NCBI RefSeq assembly: GCF_963921235.1
Contig: NC_086118.1
Span: 22,940,001 to 23,004,000 of the forward strand
Direction of reading: 5' to 3'
DNA from: Mobula hypostoma
Taxonomy: Eukaryota
DNA length: 64,000 nt
The stretch's first letter is position 1. Each line of letters begins with the position of its first letter. Under the pieces are notes generated by a model. The model searched no databases, was not told where the DNA came from, and saw only the letters and a list, made by a program, of their open reading frames with translations. A program made the position numbers and the translations under genes. Below are positions 36,718 through 50,180 of the stretch, one piece after another.

Positions 36718-37925
36718 ATTGTCATAGTCATACTTTATTGATCCCGGGGGAAATTGGTTTTCGTTACAGTTGCACCATAGATAATAATTAGTAATAGAAC
36801 CATAAATAGTTAAATAGTAATATGTGAATTATGCCAGTAAATTATGAAATAAGTCCAGGACCAGCCTATTGGCTCAAGGTGTCTGACCCTCCAAGGGAGG
36901 AGTTGTAAAGTTTGATGGCCACAGGCAGGAATGACTTCCTATGACGCTCTGTGCTGCATCTCGGTGGAATGAGTCCCTGGCTGAATGTACTCCTGTGCCC
37001 ACCCAGTACATTATGTAGTGGATGGGAGATATTGACCAAGATGGCATGCAACTTAGACAGCATCCTCTTTTCAGACACTGCAGTGAGAGAGTCGAGTTCC
37101 ATCCTCACAACATCGCTGGCCTTACGAATGAGTTTGTTGATTCTGTTGGTGTCTGCTACCCTCAGCCTGCTGCCCCAGCACACAACAGCAAACATGATAG
37201 CACTGGCCACCACAGACTCGTAGAACATCCTCACCATCATCCGGCAAATATTAAAGGACCTCAGTCTCCTCAGGAAATAGAGATGGCTCTGACCCTTCTT
37301 ATAGACAGCCTCAGCGTTCTTTGACCAGTTCAGTTTATTGTCAATTCATATCCCCAGGTATTAGTAATCCTCCACCATGTCCACACTGACCCCCTGGATG
37401 GAAACAGGGGTCACCGGTACCTTAGCTCTCCTCAGGTCTACCACCAGCTCCTTAGTCTTTTTCACATTAAGCTGCAGATAATTCTGCTCACACCATGTGA
37501 CAAAGTTTCCTACCGTAGACCTATACTCAACCTCATCTCCCTTGCTGATGCATCCAACTATGGCAGAGTCATCCGAAAACTTCTGAAGATGACAAGACTC
37601 TGTGCAGTAGTTGAAGTCCGAGGTGTAAATGGTGAAGAGAAAGGGAGACAAGACAGTCCCCTGTGGAGCCCCTGTGGATCACTCTGTCGGACACACAGTG
37701 TTGCAAGCACACGTACTGTGGTCTGCCAGTCAGGTAATCAAGAATCCATGACACCAGGGAAGCATCCACCTGCATCGCTGTCAGCTTCTCCCCCAGCAGA
37801 GCAGGGCAGATGGTGTTGAATGCACTGGAAAAGTCAAAAAACATGACCCTCAGAGTGCTCGCTGGCTTGTCCAGGTGGGCGTAGACATAGTTCAGCAGGT
37901 AGACGATGGCATCCTCACTCCTAGC
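36718..37925 (-). mobile_element. Rex1-like LINE, 5'-truncated
   Basis: 'RVMFFDFSSAFNTI', 'LSPFLFTIYTSD', 'LQKFSDDSAIVG', 'LNVKKTKELVVD' and 'FYESVVASAIMFAVVCWG'. (ATGACT)n tail at 36718-36735. Confidence 0.92.
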
Positions 37926-38250
37926 GTTCATGAAGGTGTTCGACCCCTGGTCTTCCCGCCAGCAGCGACATCTGTCCTACATCTCCGAGTACACGACGGA
38001 CATCTGGCATGTCTCGGGAAAGGACAACGTCATGGCGGACGCACTTTCCAGACTGACCATACAGGCCCTGTCCCAGGGGGTGGACTATGCAGCGCTGGCG
38101 GAGGCACAGCTGGCAGACGATGAGATCCCCAGCTACAGGACTGCGGTCTCCGGTTTGCAGCTCCAAGACTTCCCCGTAGGCGCAGGTGAGAGGACCCTAC
38201 TGTGTGACGTAGCTACTGGCCAACCACTCCCCATCGTCCCAGCAGCCTGG
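37926..38250 (+). pseudogene. Gypsy pol fragment (end of RNase H to start of integrase region)
   Basis: 'RQQRHLSYISEYTTDIWHVSGKDNVMADALSR' is the conserved Ty3/Gypsy RNase H C-terminal motif. Confidence 0.85.
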
Positions 38251-40384
38251 ATATTGGGATTTATTTTTCCTTATAGTTGTTAGCTAACATAATATATTTC
38301 ATATATAAGTGTAAATAAGTAAGCAAAAAGCACATTGCAATTGTTTATTTTGGAAGAATTTCAGCAGCACACTGTAAAGGCCCCTGATGCAATGTTTCCA
38401 GGAAAGGGGGAGATTTGGAGTAGGGGGATCCTCCAAAAATGTTTTCTTTTGTATTTAATTAATATCCTTTAGCTGAAATCACTTTCTTAGGAGACATACA
38501 TCTCAAACCTGCGACTTTAATGATTTTGTTCCTGAACTGTGTTTATGAAGGAATTTATTATCATGACAGATCATTCTACTCACAGGACCTCCACAGTCTT
38601 GGCCTTTAACTTTGTGACTAAGTTATCTGATCCAGAGATCAAACCTATTGTAGAGGCAGGAGGGAAAAAGTGTCATTGAAGTGATTGAATTGCACTGATA
38701 GGAATTATATAAACATTTATTTTGAAATGTCGCTGCTAAAAGCACTTTGCTGAACCTGCTGATGGTCCTTATTTACTTTTCTAACTTTAGACTGGTAACT
38801 TTATTATCAAGGATTGCATAGAGAAGGCAAATCAGAATATTTTTTAATTGTACCAGTACTGGTCATTATTATAAGTATAAACTCGTCAGTGTAGATATTC
38901 TTGCAAAACTTCTAAACTAGCAATTACTATTAGGGGAGGTTGGTTTCAATCCAGTATTACCTGTTATTTTTCAATTTAAATCTGTATTGGATTTTCCAAT
39001 AACAAACATACCCCTTTGCACTAAGGGGGGAACTAGTTGTGTTAGAACAACAAGTAGGCATGCAATGAACACGCCTTGTAATATGCGTAAAATTCCCATG
39101 TATTAGTACAATCATAATCTAGACTAAAAACTAACAGGTGGCTTGCTTTTACTCTGCTGTCTCACATGGTTTACTCCACTGGAAATCTGAACTGCTTTTT
39201 AAAATCTTCATACTACAACCCTTTGTTTTTCCCAGGAACATTAACCAGCATTATTTGGGAAAAAAAGCATTTTAAAATTTAATGGGAAATTATTTCTTTG
39301 TAGATAGCCACCCATAATCAGCAGTTTAAAGTTAACCACACATTGGACAATATCTAGATATTGCAATTACACAAAGGTAAATCAGTAAGTTTGTGTTTGG
39401 ATCATTTTTTGTGCAAGAAAGAAACCAGAAACCAGAAGTAGTGGCTTTGTGGTTGATTTTTTAAATATATATATATATCCACAAGTTATGAATTGGATGC
39501 ATTTTTTCATTTACTTTAGTGACTGCACTTCAAAGTACTTCAAATTAGAAATTGGATTACATCACTTTTAAGGCAGTATGTAGCTGCTATATTTAACCCT
39601 GGTATCAAATTATTTGTCACCACAAACAAAATGTAAAGTGGGACATCGTCACTAAATTAAATTTTGGCTTTCTTCCTTTTAAAAACATTAGAAACACACT
39701 TGGATGTTCGCAGAATGCAGCTGCTGTATGAGTTCACTGCTGTCATTATATTCACAGCTACCCACAAGGAAGCAGGAGAGGTCTGTTAAAGATTTCTCCC
39801 TCTGACTTCCATACAGACTGCCGTGAAGGTGAGAACACAGGAGGGAAGGATAGTAAACATAGAGGGGGTTTGGGATGGAGAGGAAAATAGGATTTGAGAG
39901 GATGGATGATTGGGGGAGATGAAGCAAGGACAGGAGGGAAATTGAAACAGATTAAAGTTTAAAGAATGCAGTGTTGTGTCATGGGAACTTCATCTTATCA
40001 AATGGTTAAACGGAATCCTGAGGTATGAATGCTTGCCAAGATCATCCGTGTCGCAGGTTGCAACACGTATTGTGGAACCTCAGAGCTCTTTGCAAAATGC
40101 AGCATTTGTGAATCAATTAATCAGGGAAAATAAATTCAATGTACCAGCGGGAACACTTCAATTCATTTATATGATTCCTGACTTTGTTTTTTTTCACTCA
40201 CAGTGGGAAAAAGGGTAAGGGATGTTAGATAGTAAACTTTGGATCCAAACTTCTTTTTGTGATTTAAAAAAGTATGCCACACAAGCTGATAATGTTATTG
40301 TGTTCCCAAGATACAGTAGGGTAATGATACCAACATTTGAGTGAATTGTGACAGGAAACTCACTGCCCAATTTCCTGCTAGATA

Positions 40385-40790
40385 ATAAGACCATAAGATA
40401 TAGGAGCAGAATTAGACCACTTGGCCATTCGGGTCTGCTCCACCATTTCATCATGCCTGATCCTTTTTTCCTCTCAGCCTCAATCTCCAATCTTCTCCGC
40501 CCCACCCCCCATATCCTTTCATGCCCTGACCAATCAAGAATCTATCAAATTCTGTCTTATATTTACATAAAGACTTGGCCTCCACAACACAGCTGCCTGT
40601 GGCAACAAATTCCACAGATTCACCACTCTCTGGTTGAAGAAAATCTCTCGTAATCTCTGTTCTAAATGGACACCCCTCTATTTTGAGGCTGTGCCCTTTG
40701 GTCTTAGATATTCCCACCACAGGAAACATTCTCTCCACATCCACTCTATCAAGGCCTTTCACAGTTTGATCGGTTTCAGTTAGGACACCC
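40385..40790 (-). mobile_element. CR1 3' fragment
   Basis: 'KGLDRVDVERMFP...KGHSLKI'; TAAGACCATAAGA tail. Confidence 0.88.
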
Positions 40791-41825
40791 CTCCTATCTT
40801 GAAGTTAGGTGTGACTTCAAGGTACAATGAGCACAAACATTGCAAGACATGCACAAACACGTTTCCCGATGTGGTTTTACATTAACACAACTTCCAGGCT
40901 TCCTTTATTTTGTTCATCTAACCTTCCAAGGAGAGTGATGCAAAAGTGACGCTAAAAGAGTTTACTTGTCATATCTTACAAAATATTTAAACCAATCTTT
41001 GATTCAAGGCAACATTACACATAGAATGAAAAGAAATTGCCTACCACGGCACAGATATATCAGGTGCCCTGCAACTCAGGATAACCTTGTCCCGTCCTAG
41101 ACAGTGCTAAATGTTCCGATCTGGGCCAAATATCCAAAGAGGTGATTATTCGCTGAAATCGGATCACTAACCTCTCCTCTGTGCCCTTTCCTTGCAATTA
41201 AAAACCTTCTGGGATTCATTACTGTGGCTCACACATGAACAATGAGCACGTTAGATCTCATCAGTGAATATTTTCCCAGGAAAAAGGTAGCAAAATGAGG
41301 GAGGGGATCAAACATGTTGCTGGAGTCCCGAGATCTTTTCAGCTTCCACTGACAATTTATTTCAGTGCATGTTGTCATTCAATCCGTTCATTAATAAATT
41401 AATTACAATTCCATGGGAATCTTATTAAAATTATAATATAAAAATGGCTAACAATTCAACATACAATGTACATACATCATAATGTAAATCTGTTATCATT
41501 ACTTTCCATTTTTGGTTTTCCTTTTCAGATTTTTTTCTCTATTTGTCCTACCTTTATATCAGTTCATATTGAATATTGAAAAGATAACATTTTAATCCAT
41601 TTATAATTTATAACTTGTGAGGCAGGTAACTTTAACTTTGAATGATAGTGCAAACTTTGGGACAGCAAACTGACCACCCATTCCAAACACTCCTAAATTT
41701 CCCAAAAGCTCCGTGAAGCAGAAAATCAGAAATGATATTCACAGGTCTACTAATTCTGTGTCATTTGAATCAAATATACACTCAGTGGCCACTTCATTAG
41801 ATCAACCTGTATATCTGCTCATTAA

Positions 41826-42525
41826 GCAATACACATGAAAATTGCTGGTGAACGCAGCAGGCCAGGCAGCACCTCCAGGAAGAGGTACAGTCGACGTTTC
41901 TGGCCGAGACCCTTCATCAGGACTAACTGAAAGAAGAGCTAGTAAGAGATTTGAAAGTGGGAGGGGGAGGGGGAGATCCAAAATGATAGGAGAAGACAGG
42001 AGGGGGAGGGATGGAGCCAAGAGCTGGACAGTTGATTGGCAAAAGGGATATGAGAGGATCATGGGACAGGAGGCCTAGGGAGAAAGAAAGGTGGGGGGGG
42101 GGCAACCAGTGGATGGGCAAGGGGTATAGTGAGGGGGACAGAGAGAGAATGTGTGTATATAAATAAATAACGGATGGGGTACGAAGGGGAGGTGGGGCAT
42201 TAGCAGAAGTTTGAGAAGTCAATGTTCATGCCATCAGGTTGGAAGCTACCCAGATGGAATATAAGGTGTTGTTCCTCCAACCTGAGTGTAGCTTCATCTT
42301 TACAGTAGAGGAGGCCGTGGATAGACATATCAGAATGGGAATGGGACGTGGAATTAAAATATGTGGGCACTGGGAGATCCTGCTTTCTCTGGCGGACAGA
42401 GCGTAGGTGTTCAGCGAAACAATCTCCCAGTCTGCGTCGGGTCTCGCCAATATACAGAAGGCCACATCGGGAGCACCGGACGCAGTATATCACCCCAGCC
42501 GACTCACAGGTGAAGTGTCACCTCA
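41826..42525 (-). mobile_element. Penelope-like element 3' region
   Basis: GIY-YIG ORF, UTR and hammerhead-bearing terminal repeat (41888-41925). Confidence 0.9.
42200..42493 (-). pseudogene. GIY-YIG (Uri) endonuclease domain of Penelope-like element
   Basis: 'IYCVRCSRCGLLYIGETRRRLGDCFAEH...EEQHLI...PDGMN' contains IY...YIG, CxxC, the catalytic E and the terminal N. Open but 5'-truncated. Confidence 0.85.
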
Positions 42526-43239
42526 ACAGTCCTTCCAGGTGATACGCAGATATCCAGTCAGTAAATCATGTGACAGCAGATCAATGCATAAAAGCATGCA
42601 GACGTGGTTAGGTGTTCAGTTATTATTCAGACCAAGCATCAGAATGGAGAAGAAATGTGATCGAAGTGACTTTGACCATGGAGAGTTTGTTGGTGCTAGA
42701 TGGGGTAAATTGAGTATCTCAGAAACTGCTGATCTCTAGGGATTTGTACGCTCACCAGCCTCTAGAGTGTGCAGAGAATGGTGCGAGAAACAAAAAAACC
42801 TCCAATGAGTGGCAGTTCTATGGGTGAAAATGCCTTGTTGATGAGAGAGGTCAGAGGAGAATAGTCAGACTGGTTCAAACTGACAGGAAGGCGACAGTAA
42901 CTCATATAACCACAAGTTACTGCAGTGGTGTGCAAAAGAGCATCTCTGAATGCATAGCATGTCGTACCTTGAAGTGGATGTGCTACAACAGCAGAAGACT
43001 ATGAACATAGAATCATTGGCCACTTTATTATGGTCAGGAGGTATTCACAGTCATTCTCCATTAAGGGAATTTGCCCTAAAATCCTGAATTAAACCCCATG
43101 ACAACTGGCAAGTGGCAAAAGGGGCAGGATTCAGAACTTGTGGATTCTGCATTGGTCTCTACAGCCAGCTGATGGCCCACCAATAGACAATCTCTTAGGA
43201 GAACATTGTACTTGACCCAAGTGATCACACTGCTATAAG

Positions 43240-43505
43240 GTCAACCCTCAGCTTTTCATGCTCCAGGGAAAGAAGCCCAAGCTTATCTAGTCTCTCCTTA
43301 TAACTCATGCCCTCCAGATCTGGCAACATCCTCGTGAAACTTTTCCATATCCTTTCCAGCTATTGTTAGATGATCAGAACTGAACATAACACTCCAAGTG
43401 TGTTCTCACAAACATCTTGTCCAGCTGTGACATGAGATTCTTTATTCTTGTACTCCGTACCCTGACCAATGAAGGCATGTCTTGCCAAGACTTTTTCACC
43501 ACGTC
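43240..43505 (-). mobile_element. Old CR1 fragment
   Basis: GGCAACATCCTCGTGAA...CAGAACTGAACATAACACTCCAAGTGTG matches the CR1 ORF2 end. Confidence 0.7.
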
Positions 43506-45789
43506 TTCCTACCTCTACATACTTGTATATAAAATAAAGTCAACTCACAATGTTTCAAAAACTTTAAACTAAAGTTAATTAGTGTTAGAAAAGGAACTTC
43601 TTCTTCCCCATCTTTCCCCCTGCAGTCCTACATTGCTCAATGGGATCAGCTGGGTCTTTGACTATGTGTTGTCTAATGAGACGCTGGATCTGGGAGCCAA
43701 TTTCCCCTGCATAAAAACTGGAAAAGCACAGCAGGTCTGATCTCAGCCATTGGGCTTCTGGGTACCCTGTGGCTGTCTGCATTTATACAGTGCCAACTAA
43801 TGTTAAGCAAGCTTGTGATTTTCATGTTAAAAGGTGCAGAACTTCAGACAAAGTCCAGACCTTCTAATAAATGTTTCAGATCGGCACAGATCATACATTA
43901 TTAACAATCTTGACTGATTATATAATGTGATGGAACTCTCTCTATATGAACAATGTTGCTCAATTATAAGTACTTTTTCCAAGAGATGCATCTTTAATTA
44001 AAATTTTCCTTAATTTTATATTCTACAAACTATATCTCATAAGAAAAAAGTGATTAAAAGTGGAATAATCAATATAACTTGCCTTGAAAATATGAGTTTC
44101 AAAAAACATTTCCCTTGGATAGTGGAAAAGTAGTTTGTGCAAACAGTGAAATAGATCTGAAAATTCATACCTAAGATTTGTTAATATATATCAATTTTTA
44201 AAAGTTTTGCACAAACTGTCGTTTCAGCAGATGTTTGAAACGTTTGAAATGAAATGAAATGGAAAATCTCCAGTGAAGACCTCATGAAGACAAAATAAAG
44301 AGAGTGGTAATGAATGGGTGAAATATAAGTGTAAAAAAAATAGATTCCTATTGAAATACGACCCTGTGATGCTTCTGATGAAAGAGCGCACCCAAAGCAT
44401 TTCATGTTTTGTATACTGTTTGATCTGATAATTTTCATTAGATCATGGTATACAGTCATGGTAACTTGAGAGGATTCTCATATTGCATCTGATCTATTTC
44501 TTATCATCTGGTACTTGAAGTCCGAGAGTACTTAATCCTGTCAACAAATAAAAAGTTGTGAAATGACCCAGTCAGCTGCACTGTCATCACTTGCTGATCA
44601 GAACTCATGCATAAATTTACATAAGGCCACACACACACATACCAAACATACCAAGAAAGAAAAGGTGTTTGGGAGATTTAAAATATAATTTGGAATTAGC
44701 TGAACACAAATAGCAATTGATGTTTTTCCTCAAATATATCAAGGTGAATATGGCCTGGATAACAGAACTGCCTGGAGAAATTCTTATTCCAACTTCAGTC
44801 AGGTATGGTGAGAACTGTAAAAGTGCAAACCAATGGTTTGATAGGCTGGAATTAGTGTGATTCTATATGATAGAACCTTTGATGGAAATGTATTCATTTG
44901 GCAGATGAGCTGTAACATGGAAGCAAGGATTAATTCTTGGTAGCAGCTCTGTCAGTCTGAAGAATATGGCACTGTTTTATTTATAAATGACTTTTATTAA
45001 ATATGACACCTATGTCAAGTGAATCCCAAGATGCCATTTAACCACGACTGGAAGCAGCTGGTTTATGAAATGTTACCTTAAGGCTGAGGCCACCCAAGTA
45101 GAACAATATCTTCATGTGTAACAGTGATGAGGCTCCTGTGAATGGCTTGTCTCGTTAAGGCCTTTTGGAACAGTTTTCAAACAAATTTGACTAATTATTT
45201 GAAAAGCTCTGCGGCTCTACTCCATTTGATCTGGGCGAAGAGAACCAACTCAGGATTCCTTCGCTAAGGAAAAACACATGCAACTCTGCTGATTAAAGGT
45301 ACAATTAGTTGAAGACGTTCAACTGGTTCCAATCATTATGTAGTCATTAGCTCTGCAGAGGGAATACATCAAAGCTTCTGTTTTAGATTAGAACAGAGAT
45401 TTTGAAATTATTTGTTGCAATGTATTATTTATCGTGGTTATTGAATAACAGCAAGTTAATGCTGTTGGATTGTTTTCCCCTTTGATTGAAGGATGTCAAG
45501 AGAGAAAAATACATTGAAAAAGAGAATCATAGTACATTGCATTTGCTTTAACTTCCAATAGAGCAACATCTGTGTGTGGTACTTTGCTCCTGAAATTGGG
45601 TTCCATTGACCGTGAGGAAAATGAATTTCTAAACCAGTGCACAACATGCATCTGCTACTATATTTTGTCCTGTGCACTTAACATGGTCAGATTTCTACCC
45701 AATTTTCTTTGATTTAGTTTTGTGTTCCTTGGAGGTCCCTACAGACAGAGACAAATTAATAGGGTGGAGAGTGAGGAAAATTGAGACAT

Positions 45790-46200
45790 ATGAGATGGCA
45801 GCTGCTGGAATCCAGAGCAACAATCAAACTCCTGAAGGGTCTCAGTGGGTCCGGCAGAATCTGTGGAGGAAAATGGACAGTTGATGTTTCAGATCAAGAC
45901 CCTTGATCTGGACAGAAACAAAGAGGAGAGATAGCCACTCTAAAGAGGTGGGAGGGAGGTGAAGAAAGAGTAGGCCAGTGATAGGTGGATCAAGGTAAGA
46001 AGAAGCTATAGACAGATGGAGGAGGGAAGAGTGAAAATAGTGACAGAGGCTGCAATGTGATAGGAGGAGGCAACAAAGGGCTGTAGATAATGGAATTCTG
46101 TGGGAAAGAAAGGTGGAGCATGGAGTCAAATTTGGGAGATGTGGCAGTCAGAAGGGAACAGGAAGGGGAGGGAACCTAGTGGAAGGAACGTGCGGACATG
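45790..46200 (-). mobile_element. Degraded Penelope-like terminal repeat/UTR
   Basis: GCAGCTGCTGGAATC...CAGTTGATGTTTCAGATCAAGACCCT followed by a purine-rich tract. Confidence 0.55.
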
Positions 46201-46259
46201 GGCAAATGGAGTGGGTAGAGAAGGAGAGCAAACATTGTGAGGAACCTTTCCTTAAAACG

Positions 46260-46540
46260 GAGGCATCTAAAACTAGATAGCATGGATTTAAGGTCAGGAA
46301 TAGGAAGCTTAGGAGGGATCTGAGGAAAAATATTTTCAGTCAAAGGTTTGGAGCACACTGCCTGAGAAGGTGGTGGAGGCAGGTGCTCTCAGAACATTTA
46401 AGAAGTATTTGGATGAGCACTGAATCATCGGGACATTGAAGGCCATGGACCAAATTCTGTTAAAAAGAAGGATTAGTATAGATTTTAATGGTCAGCATGA
46501 ACATTATGAACAGAAGGTCTATTACTATGTCGTATGACTT
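46260..46540 (+). mobile_element. Old CR1 3' end
   Basis: GGGATCTGAGGAAAAATATTTT...CACTGCCTGAGAAGGTGGTGGAGGCAGG...TTTAAG. Confidence 0.65.
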
Positions 46541-47351
46541 CATGAAAATTGCAAGTTATTTTAAATCCCTGAAGATTCCATTTGACTTCACTGGCTTTTT
46601 GCTTTAGTAGAATTGCCTGTTCTTGGCATATTTTAGAACTTTAAGCTGAAGTTGAATTTAGCTGATCAGCATTGTTATCAATTTATATTTTCTTAAACTC
46701 TTTTTACATTAATCTAAAAAAAACATAATTCAGCACAGGTTCGGTTCGGTTCACAAACTGACCACACTACCCAGCGTGAAGTAATCACCACTATGTTTCT
46801 GCCACTTGCTTCTACAAGTCTTCAAAGAGACTCTAAAATTCAAACTGGAAATTCTGGGCCAAATAATAGAATATCTTCAGAAATGTTGAAGATTTTGACA
46901 CAGTAACCACAAAGGAACTGCCATCTGTACTGTGTATTTTTCTAGCACAGCGAAAGTAAATGTTAATATATTTGTTAAGAAACATTAATGATTAAATTCA
47001 GCATATTTACAGGTGACAGATTGACAATGAGATCTCAAATGATTATTTTCATGATAAATTATTTACACATGTATTTGTTTAAGTTTAACAATATTTTTGG
47101 ATTTTTTTTTATTTTGCATTACAACAGACTCTCAGATGATTTTGCATTTAAGTGGGAAGTAAGATAGTTTTAAAGTAGAAGGAAAATTGAACATTGATTG
47201 AGCCTAAACAGGAAAGTACAACCCAATCTCTCTGAGTTACTTAAATGTTAAATGTGGAACAGCATCACCAAAAGGAATATGAGGTGAGTTAGATAAAGAC
47301 AACCTTTTGGACAATATTCATGTTCCATGATTCTATCACGTGAATGGTTGG

Positions 47352-47980
47352 GATATCTGTAATCTGTCAAGTAGGGTGCCGTGCACAATCCTGATTTAAT
47401 GGAGACAGACGTGAGAGAACGGAGGAACATCTGGAGAAACTTCTGTAATGCCTTTTTCGCTGCCGCTGTTACTGTGTGATCCAGAATCTCCGGAGGGGAA
47501 GGGCCTGAGTCCTCAGCTTTGCTTGTTGCTCGGCGGGCGGGACGGAGTCGAAGCACTCAGCAGAGATGATGCTCGGTGCTCGGTGTCGAAGGGCTGGTCG
47601 GAGACTCGAAGTTTTCGGACGGACTCAGAGTCGGCTGTGGACGGGTGCTTCCAATGCATCGACAGTTGTCGGTGCCTGGAGGTTTCTTGGCAGAGAGAGT
47701 TTCTCCCTTCTGCCGCCTGCTATCGGGGACTATCGGGAGTCAATCGGAACTTTGAGACTTTTTTTTTACCGTTCCCATGGTCTGTTCTTTATCAGATTAT
47801 GGTATTGCTTTGCTCTGCTATAACTATATGTTATAATTATGTGGTTTTGTCAGTGTTAGTCTTTGATTTGTCCTTTTTTTTGTGATATCACTCTGGAGGA
47901 ACATTGTATCATTTCTTAATGCATGCATGCATTTCTAAATGACAATAAATGAGTGTCCTCATAATCTAATCTAATCTAAT
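47352..47980 (+). mobile_element. Family X, copy 3 (5'-truncated)
   Basis: Collinear with 1016-1648; ends GTGTCCTCAT(AATCT)3AAT. Confidence 0.8.
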
Positions 47981-48034
47981 ATTTTTGGGAGCTACAAAGC
48001 AGAGGAATATCAGGTACAAACAGAGGGGACAGGT

Positions 48035-48292
48035 GAAGATCAGTTACCAACAGAGGGAGATCATTTGCCAACGGGGGGGATGAGTTACCAACAAAGGAGC
48101 TCAGTTATGAACAGGAGGAGATCAGTTACCAACAGAGGTAGATAAGTTATGAACAGGAAGGGATCAGCTACCAACAGGAAGGGATCAGTTATCAACAGGT
48201 GGAGATCAGTTATCAACTGGAGGATGATCAGTTAGCAACAGCAGGAGATCAGTTACCATCAGGAAGATATCAGTTACAAATAGGAGAGGGAT
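48035..48292. repeat. Minisatellite, ~21-22 bp unit (consensus ~GATCAGTTACCAACAGGAGGA), about 12 copies
   Basis: Directly visible degenerate tandem units. Confidence 0.9.
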
Positions 48293-48493
48293 TTACTTCA
48301 GATTCCAAAAGAAATATTAAGCTGTGACATTAAAGGCTAGTGACTGATTTAATTTTATTTTAATTATGCAATAGAAATCAAATTTTCTTTTACTTTGTTT
48401 ATTTAATAACTTGCATGAGATAAACTGTGATAAGTTTGCACTAGTTATCATATTATACTAACAGTAATTAAGTGAACTACTTAAATATATAAA

Positions 48494-48722
48494 ACAACAC
48501 ACACAAAATGCTGGAGGAACTCAGCAGGTGAGGCAGCATCTATGGAAGAGAATAACCAGTTGATGTTTCGGTCTGAGACTCCTCTTTACTCTTGAAGAAG
48601 AGTCTCGGCCCGAATCGTCAATTGTTTTTTACTTTTCCATAGATGCTGCCTGGCCTCCGGAGTTCCTCCAGCATGTTGTATGTGTTGCTTTGGATTTCAA
48701 GCACCTGCAAATTTTCTTTTGT
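48494..48722. mobile_element. Palindromic Penelope-derived mini-element
   Basis: ATGCTGGAGGAACTC...GGCAGCATCTATGGAA and TTCCATAGATGCTGCC...GAGTTCCTCCAGCAT form inverted arms. Confidence 0.8.
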
Positions 48723-49471
48723 TTCTGATTCTGCTAAATATATAAAACCAGGAATGTCACAACTGCAAGCAAGTAGAAATGTAAAATCCCCGGAAACCAT
48801 GTATGAAGAATCTGCATCATGAGGACCATCAGTCCTGTGGAGTCTGAGCTGTGGGGATTGAGGTGCACTAGGCAAGGGGAATTTACCTGCAATATTGATC
48901 TAGGGGATGGTTAAACCCCACAGGGTATATCAATGATTAGAATTGGTGAATGGTTAAGGATAGGATTATGCAATGTTGGATCAAGGAGATAGTGGTGTTT
49001 AAAAGCTTCATCTTTGACTTTCTCCAACAGGATTAAGGTGCCTTCTCCATGTACAGACAGAAAAATAATCAAAATAACAGTAGCACCAGGAAATAATTTG
49101 AGTGAAAGGAGAAAGTAAATGATAATGGTAGATTATTAACAGGGGATAGACACAATTGTGATAATGACAAAGTCCCAAAGCCTGCATTCCCCTCTAGGTT
49201 CGGGGTTAAAAGCAACCCAGAGAAGGAGTATGACAGGGAGGGTCCACTCATTCTGCTCTGAAGACAGAATTTGGATTTAAAGAGAATGTCGATGTCATAA
49301 ATCCAGCAATATAAAAACAAAATGGATGTAGATGAGCAGAAATGTTTAAAAATTAAAATACATCAGAAAATAAAGACAGTTCTGAGGAAGGTGAAAAAAA
49401 ATAATTTGTAAAGTGCTATGCCTGACTGCACAGAATAATTGCAATAAAATTGATAAAATCATGATATAATT

Positions 49472-50180
49472 TGATCTTGGGGTCTGTGTCCATAGGACAC
49501 TCAAAGCCGCTGCGCAGGTTGACTGTGTTGTTAAGAAGGCGTATGGTGTGATGGCCTTCATCAACCATGGGATTGAGTTCAAGAGCCATGAGGTAATGCT
49601 AAAGCTATATAAGACCTTAGTTAGACCCCGCTTGGAGAACTGTATTCAGTTCTGGTCACCTCACTACAGGAAGAATGTGGATATTATAGAGAGAGAGAAG
49701 AGGAGATTTACAAGGATGTTGCCTGATTTGGAGAGCATGCCTTACGAGAATAGGTTGAGTAAACTTGGCCTTTTCTCCTTGGAGTGACAGAGGATGAAAG
49801 GTGACCTGATAGAGGTGCATAAGATGATGAGAAGCATTGATCATGTGAAATGCCAGAGGCTTTTTCCCAGGGCTGAAATGGCTAACACGAGGAGGCATAG
49901 TTTTAAGGTGTTTGGAAATGGGTACAAGGGGGATGTCAGAGGTAAGTCTTTCACACAGAGAGTGGTGGGTGTGTGGAATGCACTGCCAGCGATGGTGGTA
50001 GAGGCAGATACAATAGGATCTTTTAAGAGACTCTTGGGTAGGTACTTGGAGCTTAGAAAAATAGAGGGCTACGCAGTAGGAAAATTCCAGGCTGTTTTGA
50101 GAGTAGGTTACATGGTCAGCATAACATTGTGGGCCGAAGGGCCTGTAATGTGCTGTAGATTTCTATGTTCTATGTTCTAT
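49472..50180 (+). mobile_element. CR1 3' fragment, inserted in older CR1-like sequence
   Basis: 'LYKTLVRPRLENCIQFWSPHYRK' and 'FTQRVVGVWNALP'; (TTCTATG)3 tail. Confidence 0.92.

Larger units (their letters stand above)
41779..43045 (+). mobile_element. Tc1-like transposon remnant (N-terminal HTH), interrupted by Penelope
   Basis: TA|CACTCAGTGGCCACTT end. Degenerate 'MEKKCDRSDFDHGEFVGAR..LSISETADL' from 42643. The TIR-like TGGCCACTTTATTA recurs at 43017. Confidence 0.75.

Noticed and set aside
48035-48292. CRISPR-like array
   Set aside because: Units are directly tandem and degenerate with no unique spacers. There are no cas genes and the context is eukaryotic.
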